64,000 nt of DNA from Deltaproteobacteria bacterium (GTDB lineage Bacteria; Myxococcota_A; UBA9160; JAFDDA01): NCBI GenBank assembly GCA_019311105.1, contig JAFDDA010000064.1:7593-71592 (forward strand), read 5' to 3'. Below, piece by piece: positions 9,091 through 17,537 of the stretch; position 1 is the first letter of the stretch; each line of letters begins with the position of its first letter. The notes beneath the pieces are model-generated. The model did not search any database. It was not told where the DNA came from and worked only from the letters and a program-made list of their open reading frames with translations. A program made the translations under genes and the position numbers.

Positions 9091-10854
9091 ATGAGGATCC
9101 TGCTGGAGTTTGCGCGTGCGCGTCCGCTCGCGAGCCTGGCCTTGCTGCTGTGCTTGTTCGTCGCGGGGGTCGTCGAGGGACTCGGCTATTCGTCCGTTCT
9201 TCCGCTCCTTCGGGTCGCGATCGACGGTTCCGTCGCCGAGTCGCCGTCGGGCATGGAGGCTCGGGTGCTCGACGCCTTCCGAAGTGTCGGTCTCGTCCCC
9301 ACCCTCGGGGTCCTCGCCTCCGTGATCGCCGCTGCTTTCATCGTGAAGGCGGCGATCGTTCTGTTCGTTCGGCGGCAGGTGGGGTACACGATCGCGCGCG
9401 TGGTGACGGATCTGCGTCTGCGACTGCTCCGCGCGCTACTTCGAGCAGACTGGCCCTACTACGTGCGTCAGCCGGTCGGTGGCCTCGCCAACGCCTTTGT
9501 CACCGAGGCGAACCGAGCTGGCTCTGCCTACATGCACGGCACTTGGGTTGCCTACCGCGTCCTTCAGATGGCGATCTATGCCGGGATTGCCTTCGCCATT
9601 TCGTGGCGGGTGACCCTCGTGGCGCTCGTCATCGCATCGTTCCTGGTCCTGAGCCTGGCAGGCCTCGTGCGCACGGGACGACGTGCGGGCCTTCGGCAGA
9701 CGAAGCTGTTCCGCGGGCTGCTGAGCCGATTCACGGATCTACTGCAGAGCGTGAAGCCCTTGAAGGCCATGGGACGCGCCGAGGACATGACGCCGTTCCT
9801 CGAGCGCGACACCTTGCGCGTGCAGCGCATCCGCCAGAAGCAGGTCTTCGTGAAGGAGGCGATGCCGGCGCTGCAAGAGCCGATCATGGTCGGCGTCCTC
9901 TTGCTCGGCCTTTATGTAGCGAGTGAGATCATGGGGCTGGAGGTGTTGAGCTTCGGCGTCATGGGCCTGTTGCTCTACAAAGCCTACAGCGCCATGAACC
10001 AGGCTCAGCGTCGCTATCAGAAGGTCGCGGTGGACGAGAGTGCGTATTGGGCGATCCGTCGCACCATCGAAGAGGCCGAGGCGCAGGCGGAGCGGTCGGG
10101 TTCGGGTGTGATGGTGCCGTTGCGCGATGCCATCGAGCTCGAGGCCGTGAGCCTGCAACACGACGCCGTCGACGCTGGGCGAGAGGCCCATGTCGTCCTG
10201 GATCGTGCGGATGTCTCGATTCCGGCGGGTGAGGTCACCGCGTTGACGGGGCCCTCGGGTTCCGGGAAGACGACGATCGTCGACCTCGTGGCGGGGCTGC
10301 TCCAACCGACGGAGGGTTGCGTCCGCGTGGACGGGGTGCCCCTCGGTGAGCTCGACCTCGCCTGCTGGCGCCGATCGATCGGCTACGTCCCGCAGGAGAC
10401 GTTCCTGCTGAACGACACCATCGCGACGAATGTGACCCTCGGCGCGCCGGATCTTTCCGAGGCCGAGGTGGTGCGCGCGCTCCGTGCAGCACACGCCTGG
10501 GAGTTCGTGAAGGATCTCCCCAAAGGCATCGAAACCCCGGTCGGCGAGCGCGGCTCGGCGCTCTCGGGCGGCCAACGCCAGCGCATCGCCATCGCGCGAG
10601 CCCTGGTGCATCGACCTTCGCTGCTGATCCTCGACGAGGCCACCGCCTCGCTCGACCCGGCGAGCGAGGCCGCGGTGCTCGAGGCGGTGCGGGAGTTGCG
10701 AGGCCGGACCACCGTGCTCGCGGTGTCCCATCAGCCCGCGCTGCTCGGGGTTGCGAGCCGGGTCTATCATGTGGCGGACGGCGTCGCGACGCGGAAGCCG
10801 GCCGAGGAAGAGGCCGCTGCCCCTCGCGCTGCCGCCGCGGGAGCCCAGGCATGA
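9091..10854 (+). CDS. ABC exporter, fused permease/ATPase (MsbA-like)
   Basis: ATG at 9091, in frame in ORF 8791..10854. It has N-terminal TM helices. The C-terminal NBD carries Walker A GPSGSGKTT, the signature LSGGQRQR and Walker B LLILDEAT. Confidence 0.85.
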   Translation: MRILLEFARARPLASLALLLCLFVAGVVEGLGYSSVLPLLRVAIDGSVAESPSGMEARVLDAFRSVGLVPTLGVLASVIAAAFIVKAAIVLFVRRQVGYTIARVVTDLRLRLLRALLRADWPYYVRQPVGGLANAFVTEANRAGSAYMHGTWVAYRVLQMAIYAGIAFAISWRVTLVALVIASFLVLSLAGLVRTGRRAGLRQTKLFRGLLSRFTDLLQSVKPLKAMGRAEDMTPFLERDTLRVQRIRQKQVFVKEAMPALQEPIMVGVLLLGLYVASEIMGLEVLSFGVMGLLLYKAYSAMNQAQRRYQKVAVDESAYWAIRRTIEEAEAQAERSGSGVMVPLRDAIELEAVSLQHDAVDAGREAHVVLDRADVSIPAGEVTALTGPSGSGKTTIVDLVAGLLQPTEGCVRVDGVPLGELDLACWRRSIGYVPQETFLLNDTIATNVTLGAPDLSEAEVVRALRAAHAWEFVKDLPKGIETPVGERGSALSGGQRQRIAIARALVHRPSLLILDEATASLDPASEAAVLEAVRELRGRTTVLAVSHQPALLGVASRVYHVADGVATRKPAEEEAAAPRAAAAGAQA

Positions 10855-11811
10855 GCGAGACGCTTCGCCCCCGAACCTGGCTGGATGAGCCGCGCGCCGG
10901 CGCGCCCTGCACCGTGATTGCCGAGGTCGCCCAGAGCCACGAGGGCAGCCTCGGGATGGCCCACGCCTTCATCGACGCCGCCGCCGCTGCGGGCGCCGAC
11001 GCCATCAAGTTCCAGACCCACATCGCGAGCGCCGAGAGCACACCGGCCGAGCCGTGGCGCAAATCCTTCAGCTCGCAGGACACGACGCGTCTTGGCTACT
11101 GGCGCCGCATGGAGTTCGCCGAAGAGGGCTGGCACGAGCTGCGCAAGCACGCCCAGGAGCGAGACCTCCTCTTCTTGAGTTCGCCCTTCTCGCTTGCAGC
11201 GGTCGAGCTGCTCGAGCGCGTCGGCGTGGCGGGCTGGAAGGTCGCTTCCGGCGAGATCAACAACCACGCGCTGCTCGATCGGATGTGCGACGGCGGCATC
11301 CCGGTCATGCTCTCGACGGGCATGAGCCAGGAGGACGAGATCGCGACAGCGGCGGCTCGTGTCCAGGCGCGCGGCGTGCCGCTCGCGGTGATGCAGTGCA
11401 CCTCGATGTACCCGTGCCCGCCCGAGTGGGTCGGCGTGGATCTCGTCCCGCACTTCCGTGAGCGCTTTGGCTGTGCCGTCGGGCTCTCGGACCACTCGGC
11501 GACGATCTATCCCGGCATCGCCGCAGCGATGCTCGGGGCCGAGGTGCTGGAAGTCCATCTGACCCTCGGTCGCGAGATGTTCGGGCCCGATGTCATCGCT
11601 TCGCTCACCTCCACCGAGCTGCGCCAGCTGGTGGACGGGGTCCGCTTCATCGAACGCATGCGGGCCCACCCCGGCCGCAAGGCGGACCTGCCCGAATCCG
11701 TGACGTCGCTGCGGCAGATCTTCATGAAGAGCGTCGTCGCCACGCACGCGCTCGAGGAGGGCACCACGCTCGCCGCCGAGGATCTGTGCTCCAAGAAGCC
11801 CGGGAACCATG
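10851..11811 (+). pseudogene. neuB: N-acetylneuraminate (nonulosonate) synthase NeuB-like, 3' end disrupted
   Basis: VIAEVAQSHEGSL...ADAIKFQTH and GLSDHS are NeuB/PseI-type blocks. The SAF-domain start (KSVVATHALEEGTTLAAEDLCSKKPG) breaks off where neuC starts. There is no in-frame stop until 12821. Confidence 0.7.
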
Positions 11812-12966
11812 TCGAGGAAGGTCTGCGTCGTCATCACCGCTCGCCCGAGCTACTCGCGGGTGCGGTCGCTCCTGCGAGCGATCAAGAACCACCCGGAGCT
11901 CGAACTTCAGCTCGTCGTTGCGGCCTCGGCGCTGCTGGATCGCTACGGAAGCGTCCACACCGTGATCGAGCGGGAGGGCTTCCACATCGATCGCCGGGTC
12001 TACAACATCTTCGAAGGCGAGAACCTGCTCACCTCGGCGAAGTCGACCGGCATGGGGATCGTCGAGCTGGCCAGTGCCTTCTCCGAGCTCGCGCCCGACA
12101 TGGTCGTCACCATCGCAGATCGCTTCGAGACCATCGCGACGGCGATCGCCGCGAGCTACCAGAACATTCCCCTCGTGCACATCCAGGGTGGCGAGGTCTC
12201 GGGCTCCATCGACGAGAAGGTGCGCCACGCGATCACCAAGCTCGCGGATCTCCACTTCGTCTCTTCCGCCCGTGCCGCGGAGCGCGTGATCCGCATGGGC
12301 GAACGCAGCGACCGCGTGTACGACACGGGCTGCCCTTCCATCGACGTGGTCGTCGACGCCTTGGCGAAGCCGCCGCTCTCCACGAGCGAGCTATTCGAAC
12401 GCTACGGCGGGGTTGGCGACACGCTCAATCTCGACGACGCCTACGTCGTGGTGATCCAGCACCCGGTCACCACGCAGTACGAGGCCAGCCGACGTCAGGT
12501 GCTCGAGACGCTTCACGCGATCGCCGAGAGCGGCGTCCCGACGCTCTGGTTCTGGCCGAACGTCGACGCGGGCTCCGACGGCACGTCCGGAGGGATCCGC
12601 GCCTATCGCGAGGAGCACTCGCTGCCCCACGTCCACTTCTTCAAGAACCTGCCGCCCGACGACTTCCTGCGCCTCATCGATCGCAGCCGCGGTATCGTGG
12701 GCAACTCGAGCGTGGCCATCCGCGAGTGCGCCTTCATGGGCGTCCCCGCCGTGAACATCGGCAACCGACAGCGGGGGCGCGACCGCGGGCGCAACGTGAT
12801 CGACGTGGAACACGACCGTAAGCAGATCCGCGACGCCATCGATCGCTGTGTCGCCGCCGGGCGTTTTGAATCCGACCTGCTCTACGGCGACGGAGAGTCG
12901 GGCGTGCGAATCGCCGACCACCTGGTGACCGTACCGTTGAGCGTCGAAAAGACCCTTACCTACTAA
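11809..12966 (+). CDS. neuC: UDP-N-acetylglucosamine 2-epimerase (hydrolysing), NeuC-like
   Basis: 385 aa. VCVVITARPSY, IADRFE and HIQGGEVSGSIDEKVRHAITKLADLHF are hallmark epimerase_2 blocks. Confidence 0.85.
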   Translation: MSRKVCVVITARPSYSRVRSLLRAIKNHPELELQLVVAASALLDRYGSVHTVIEREGFHIDRRVYNIFEGENLLTSAKSTGMGIVELASAFSELAPDMVVTIADRFETIATAIAASYQNIPLVHIQGGEVSGSIDEKVRHAITKLADLHFVSSARAAERVIRMGERSDRVYDTGCPSIDVVVDALAKPPLSTSELFERYGGVGDTLNLDDAYVVVIQHPVTTQYEASRRQVLETLHAIAESGVPTLWFWPNVDAGSDGTSGGIRAYREEHSLPHVHFFKNLPPDDFLRLIDRSRGIVGNSSVAIRECAFMGVPAVNIGNRQRGRDRGRNVIDVEHDRKQIRDAIDRCVAAGRFESDLLYGDGESGVRIADHLVTVPLSVEKTLTY

Positions 12967-12983
12967 GAGGGGGAGGAGAAAGA

Positions 12984-13781
12984 GTGCCGACCTTTACTGA
13001 AGCTCAGCTCGACGCTCACGAGGCGATGCTGGTTGAAAACGTCTTTCAGACGAGCAAGTGGCCCCACTTCGACCTGTTGTTTCGCGACATCCGACGTCAT
13101 GCGGGCGAGCTTTCCCCCGGCGCGACGGTCGTGTCGCTGGAGCGTGGTCTGCTCTATGGGGGCGTCAGTCTAGTCGCGCCGTTCTTCCACGCTCAGAACT
13201 TCATCTCCGTGGATTGCTCACCGGAGAGTGCGGACGAGCGGGGCGGGTACAACGCGGGGCAGATCGACGACCCGCGCACGCTTCGTGTGCCGACGACCCG
13301 CCGCGCTCCGATCGAAGCCACAGGTCTCGAAGCCGATCAGGCCGATCTCGTGCTCGTCCCGAACCTGGTGCATCATGTCGCCAATCAGCGGGCACTTTTC
13401 GGTGAGATGGCTCGGATCGCCCGGCCCGGCGGTTCGGTCTACGTCTTCGAGGCGTTGCTCCGCGAGCTGCACCAGATCCCCGACGACTACCTCCGCTACA
13501 CCCCGTTCGGGATCCAGAAAGTTCTTGTTGAAGCCGGCCTCGAGTGCGACGACTACGAAGTCGAAGGCGGCCCGTTCTCGGCGATCGGCTACTGCTGGAT
13601 CCAGGCCCTGCAATACTTCCCCGAGCCGCGTCGCTCGGAGATGGAACGTTGGTTCTTCGAGGAGCACTGGCCCGATCTCCAGAAGTGGGAGGAGGCGCAT
13701 CGTGAGAACCTCGTCCGCAAGCATACGGCGTTCCCCGTGAGCTTCTCCGTCGTGGCGCGCAAGCCGGAGGCGAATTCTTGA
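12984..13781 (+). CDS. SAM-dependent methyltransferase-like protein
   Basis: 265 aa, GTG start preceded by GGGAGGAG. LVLVPNLVHHV...LFGEMARIARPGGSVYVFE resembles the post-I/II region of class I methyltransferases. Confidence 0.65.
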   Translation: MPTFTEAQLDAHEAMLVENVFQTSKWPHFDLLFRDIRRHAGELSPGATVVSLERGLLYGGVSLVAPFFHAQNFISVDCSPESADERGGYNAGQIDDPRTLRVPTTRRAPIEATGLEADQADLVLVPNLVHHVANQRALFGEMARIARPGGSVYVFEALLRELHQIPDDYLRYTPFGIQKVLVEAGLECDDYEVEGGPFSAIGYCWIQALQYFPEPRRSEMERWFFEEHWPDLQKWEEAHRENLVRKHTAFPVSFSVVARKPEANS

Positions 13782-14460
13782 GTTTTCAGGGCCGCAGCGT
13801 CCTCGCCATCGTGCCTGCGCGTGGCGGGAGCCGCGGGATCCCACGCAAGAATCTCTGCAAGATCGGCGGGCTTTCGCTCGTTGCCCGGGCTGGCCGCATG
13901 GCGGGCGCGCTCGGCTTCGTCGATCTCGCCATCTTGAGCACCGATGACGAGGAGATCGCCGATGAAGGCCGCCGCGCCGGGCTGGAGGTGCCGTTCATCC
14001 GGCCCCCCGATCTCTCCGGCGATCGCGCGACGGCCATCGCCACATGGCAGCACGCATGGCTCGAGGCCGAGGCCTTCCGGGGCGAGCGCTTCGACCTCTC
14101 GGTCTGGCTCGAGCCGACGAGCCCGCTGCGACGGCCCGAGGACGTGACCCGCACCGTCGAGGCGTTGTGCGCCGCCGGCAGCCGAGCCGCCATGACCGTG
14201 AGCCCGATCCCCGCCCACATGGCACCCGAGCGCGCACTCTGTGTCGAGGCGGATGGCCGCATCCGCGCCCACGGCAGGCGATCCCGCCGCGTCATCATCG
14301 AAACGGGCTGGCCTACGCGGCCACGCGTGCTGGTGTTCTCGAGGCAGGTGACGCGCTTTGGGACGATTGCTTCGCGGTGGTCGTCGATCGCCCGACCGCC
14401 AACATCGACGAGCAGATCGACCTCGAGTGGGCCGCCTTCCTGCTCGCGCGAGAGAACTGA
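13778..14460 (+). pseudogene. neuA: CMP-N-acylneuraminate synthetase (acylneuraminate cytidylyltransferase) NeuA-like, frameshifted
   Basis: The N-terminus AIVPARGGSRGIPRKNL...EPTSPLR is in the frame of ORF 13778. The C-terminus RQAIPPRHHRNGLAYAATR...ANIDEQIDLEWAAFLL is in the frame of ORF 14044..14460. The switch falls near 14255-14275. Confidence 0.8.
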
Positions 14461-14463
14461 GCC

Positions 14464-15828
14464 TTGGCCGCACCGGGCACCGCTGCGCCGCTCATCGTGC
14501 CGGTCGAAAGCCAGGTACGCGAGCTGGACGCGAAGCTCCTGCTCGCCTGCGTGGCAGCCGAGCGCGGCTTTCCCGTTCTGCTCGGCTCGCGGAATTGGCT
14601 TCACATGGGCGCGGCCGGGTTGCCGCGTGGGGTCTACCTTGCCAAGAGCCTGCGCCAGAAGAGCGCACGCATGTTCTCGATCTTTCGCGATCTCGGGCAC
14701 GAGATCGTGGCCTGGGACGAAGAAGGTCTCGTGCGCTGCCCCGACCCGCAGTATCTCGGCCGGAACCTCGCGCCGGGGACGCTCCAGCGGACCTCCATGT
14801 TTCTGGCCTGGGGTGCCGATCACGAGCGCGTGCTGCGCATGCACCCCGACGCGCAGGGCGTCGAGACGTGTGCGACGGGCAACCCACGCACGGACCTGTT
14901 GCGCCCCGAGCTGCGGGCCTGTTTCGACGCGGAGGTGCGCGAGCTCGAGCAGCGCTACGGCCCGTTCCTCTTGCTCAACACGAACTTCGGCCGCCTCAAC
15001 CACTTCTTTCACGACCTCGGCGACATGCGGCCCCATCTCGACCGTGACAGCGACGACTTCGAGGCCACGCGCGCACGACATCGTCAGGCTCTGCTCGACC
15101 ACTTCCTGGAAGCGGTCCCCTTCATCGCGGACGAGTTCCCGGACCACCAGCTCGTGGTGCGTCCGCATCCCTCCGAGAACCACGAGACCTGGCGCCGCGC
15201 TGCGGGCGGGCGGGCCAACGTCGTCGTGGTGAACGAGGGCAGCGTCATCCCGTGGCTGATGGCGGCGCGTGCCATGATCCACAACGGCTGCACGACCTCG
15301 ATCGAGGCCTTCCTGCTCGGGCGGCCCATCGTGACCTATCGCCCGGTGGTCTGTGAAAGCTTCGACGATCCGCTCCCCGTGGCCCTCAGTCACGCAGCGA
15401 CGGATCGCGAAGGGCTCGCCAAGGCGTTGCGCGCGGCGGTGAACGGCGAGCTCGAGGTCGGGGGTGCGGAGCGTCGAGCGGAGCTGGCACACCATGTGAC
15501 TGGCACCGAGGGCCGGCTGGTCTGCGATCGCATCGTCGACGCCCTGGAGGCTCGGGGCTACGCGCAGGGCCTGCCGCCGGCGCCGCCCTTCGGCACGCGG
15601 GCCTCCGCGTGGCTTCGCTGTCAGAAACGAGCAATCTCGAAGCGGATCAGCAGGGTCCGGCCGGGGCATCGAAACCACCGTGACTACTGGCGGCATCGTT
15701 TCCCGCCGGTGTCGGTCGAGGTGCTGCAAGCCCGCGTCGATCGCTTCGCAGAGTTGCTCGGGCGCTTCGAAGGCATCCACGTGAGCCCGCGCTCGCGCAA
15801 TATCTTCAGGATTGGAGGCTCGTCGTGA
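14464..15828 (+). CDS. Surface-carbohydrate biosynthesis protein, GT-B/capsule-synthesis-like (paralog A)
   Basis: 454 aa with a TTG start. It is clearly similar to 17534..18943 (PVE.QVRELD.KLLLA..AA.RGF, RGIYLAKS, GHEIV.WDEE, RPHP.E). The family assignment is tentative. Confidence 0.65.
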   Translation: MAAPGTAAPLIVPVESQVRELDAKLLLACVAAERGFPVLLGSRNWLHMGAAGLPRGVYLAKSLRQKSARMFSIFRDLGHEIVAWDEEGLVRCPDPQYLGRNLAPGTLQRTSMFLAWGADHERVLRMHPDAQGVETCATGNPRTDLLRPELRACFDAEVRELEQRYGPFLLLNTNFGRLNHFFHDLGDMRPHLDRDSDDFEATRARHRQALLDHFLEAVPFIADEFPDHQLVVRPHPSENHETWRRAAGGRANVVVVNEGSVIPWLMAARAMIHNGCTTSIEAFLLGRPIVTYRPVVCESFDDPLPVALSHAATDREGLAKALRAAVNGELEVGGAERRAELAHHVTGTEGRLVCDRIVDALEARGYAQGLPPAPPFGTRASAWLRCQKRAISKRISRVRPGHRNHRDYWRHRFPPVSVEVLQARVDRFAELLGRFEGIHVSPRSRNIFRIGGSS

Positions 15829-17537
15829 CTCCCCTCTCTTCCCCGCGCACGGGGTTTCGCGTTGCAGGTCTGCTCGAAGCCACGCCCGAGACCGTGAGCG
15901 AGCATCGCGTCGCTCTCGCGGAGTTGCGGCCCGGTGTGAACGCCCACGAGGACGCATTCGTGAAGCTCGGCGCTGACGGCACGCCCGAGTGGGTCATCTC
16001 GCGCGGCTGCGCCCACGCGGGCGGCCGGCTCGAGCTCGAGCCCGACCGACGGAGTGCCGTCTGCCCGCTCCATGGTTGGTGCCTCGACCTCGATGGGTTG
16101 CGTTACACGAACGGGCTCGGGACGAAGCAGCCCGTTCCCTTCGAAGTCGAAGGGGGCGAACTCCGCTACCGGCTCGAGCGCCACCGCCTCGAGCGGCCCG
16201 ACGCGCTGCGCACGCCCGTGTCCGAGCCGATCGAGGTGCGCTTTCTCGCGCACGCCTGTGTCGCCATCGAGTGCGGCGGGTTTCGACTCGTCACCGACCC
16301 CTGGCTGATCGGGCCGTGCTTCACCACGGGGTGGTGGCACTTGCATCCTCCCAAGAACGACGCGCTCGAGCTGCTCGCTGGCGCGAACGCCGTCTTCCTC
16401 TCGCACAACCATCCGGACCACACGCATCTGGAAACCCTGGCGCACGTGTCACCGGACGTGGAGATCCTGGTCCCCGACTTCGAGAGCCGGTCGGCCGAGG
16501 TCTCGGCACGGGCGCTCGGGCTCTCACCACATGCACTGGCTTTCAACACCGTCTTCTCCCACCCCGATGCGCCCTTTTCCATCGCCGTGTTGTTGGCAGG
16601 GAGCGGGCGCGACGATTCGGGGCTGCTCATCTTCGCGGGCGATCGCAAGATCCTGCTGGCTGCGGATTCGCGGGCGCTCAACCACTTCGTGCTTCCGCAC
16701 GACGTGGACGTGGTCTTCGATTCGTTTGCCGGGGGTGCTTCGGGCTATCCGCTGTGTTTCGAGAATTACGACCTGGAAGAGCGCCGGGTCATCTCGCGTC
16801 GCCACGCCGACGCGGTCCGCCACCATGTCGAACGGGTGGTGGAGACGACTCGGCCGCGGGCTTTCGTCCCCTATGCCGGCTATTTCCGGGTTGCCAGAGC
16901 CGAGGATTCGCTGATTGGCGACCACAATGTCTCCAACTCCGTGGAGGAGATCGCGGAGACGGTGGCAGCGGTGGCGCCCGAAACCCGGTTCATCGACCCG
17001 CGTCACGATGATCGGATCCGAATCGCCGCCGACCGGAGCATCACGGTGGACCGTGTCGACGCTCCAGCTCTCTACACGGTCGGGCCCGACTACGTGGCCC
17101 CCTATGTCCGGGCGCTGGAGGAAGAGGCGGCGGGGTTCCACGCGGACGAGCTGGTTGGCTACTTCGAACACTCGGAGTTCCAGGACGATCTCATCCTCTA
17201 CGTGCTCCCCACCGATCAGAGCTTCGTTCCGCAGGGGGAAGGCGTGCGCGTGGATTTCTCGGGCCCGAAGCCCGTCGTCGAGCTGCGTGCGCCCGATGCG
17301 CTACAGGCCGAGTATCAAAGCGCGGAGCCCGGGCCGCTGCGCCGCCTCGAGATCCGCGCCCGGCGCGAGCCACTGGCCCACGTCGTGCGCGAGCAACTCG
17401 CGTGGGAGGAACTCTCCATCGGCTTCCAGTGCCGGGTTCACCGCAAGCCGGACCTCTACAACGCGCACTTCTGGTTCCACTTCACCAATCGCTACATCGG
17501 GTCCCTGCGCGACCGCCCGGAACGGGAAGGCCGTTGA
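15825..17537 (+). CDS. Rieske [2Fe-2S] + metallo-beta-lactamase-fold hydroxylase, CMP-Neu5Ac hydroxylase (CMAH)-like
   Basis: 570 aa. The GTG start follows GGAGG and overlaps the upstream TGA. The Rieske motif is CAH-x16-CPLH. MBL-type HNHPDH is present. Blocks DPWLIGP, FAGGASGYP, VPYAGYF and IGFQCRV..PDLY..FWFHF follow. Confidence 0.8.
   Translation: MTPLSSPRTGFRVAGLLEATPETVSEHRVALAELRPGVNAHEDAFVKLGADGTPEWVISRGCAHAGGRLELEPDRRSAVCPLHGWCLDLDGLRYTNGLGTKQPVPFEVEGGELRYRLERHRLERPDALRTPVSEPIEVRFLAHACVAIECGGFRLVTDPWLIGPCFTTGWWHLHPPKNDALELLAGANAVFLSHNHPDHTHLETLAHVSPDVEILVPDFESRSAEVSARALGLSPHALAFNTVFSHPDAPFSIAVLLAGSGRDDSGLLIFAGDRKILLAADSRALNHFVLPHDVDVVFDSFAGGASGYPLCFENYDLEERRVISRRHADAVRHHVERVVETTRPRAFVPYAGYFRVARAEDSLIGDHNVSNSVEEIAETVAAVAPETRFIDPRHDDRIRIAADRSITVDRVDAPALYTVGPDYVAPYVRALEEEAAGFHADELVGYFEHSEFQDDLILYVLPTDQSFVPQGEGVRVDFSGPKPVVELRAPDALQAEYQSAEPGPLRRLEIRARREPLAHVVREQLAWEELSIGFQCRVHRKPDLYNAHFWFHFTNRYIGSLRDRPEREGR

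Noticed and set aside
11120-11145. TGGCAC-N5-GCGC and several other TGGCAC strings (for example near 15500, 18585, 28450, 29580, 44130) as sigma-54 promoters.
   Set aside because: They lack a TTGC/-12 element at the right spacing and lie inside coding regions.
10851-12821. A genuine 656-aa NeuB fusion protein.
   Set aside because: Only the first ~320 residues look like NeuB. The remainder is low-complexity off-frame reading through an intact, well-motifed neuC in another frame.
13778-15232. A 484-aa ORF as the real neuA product.
   Set aside because: After ~160 residues it becomes Ser/Arg/Pro-rich nonsense and overlaps the well-supported 14464..15828 gene. The conserved NeuA C-terminus is in the 14044..14460 frame.
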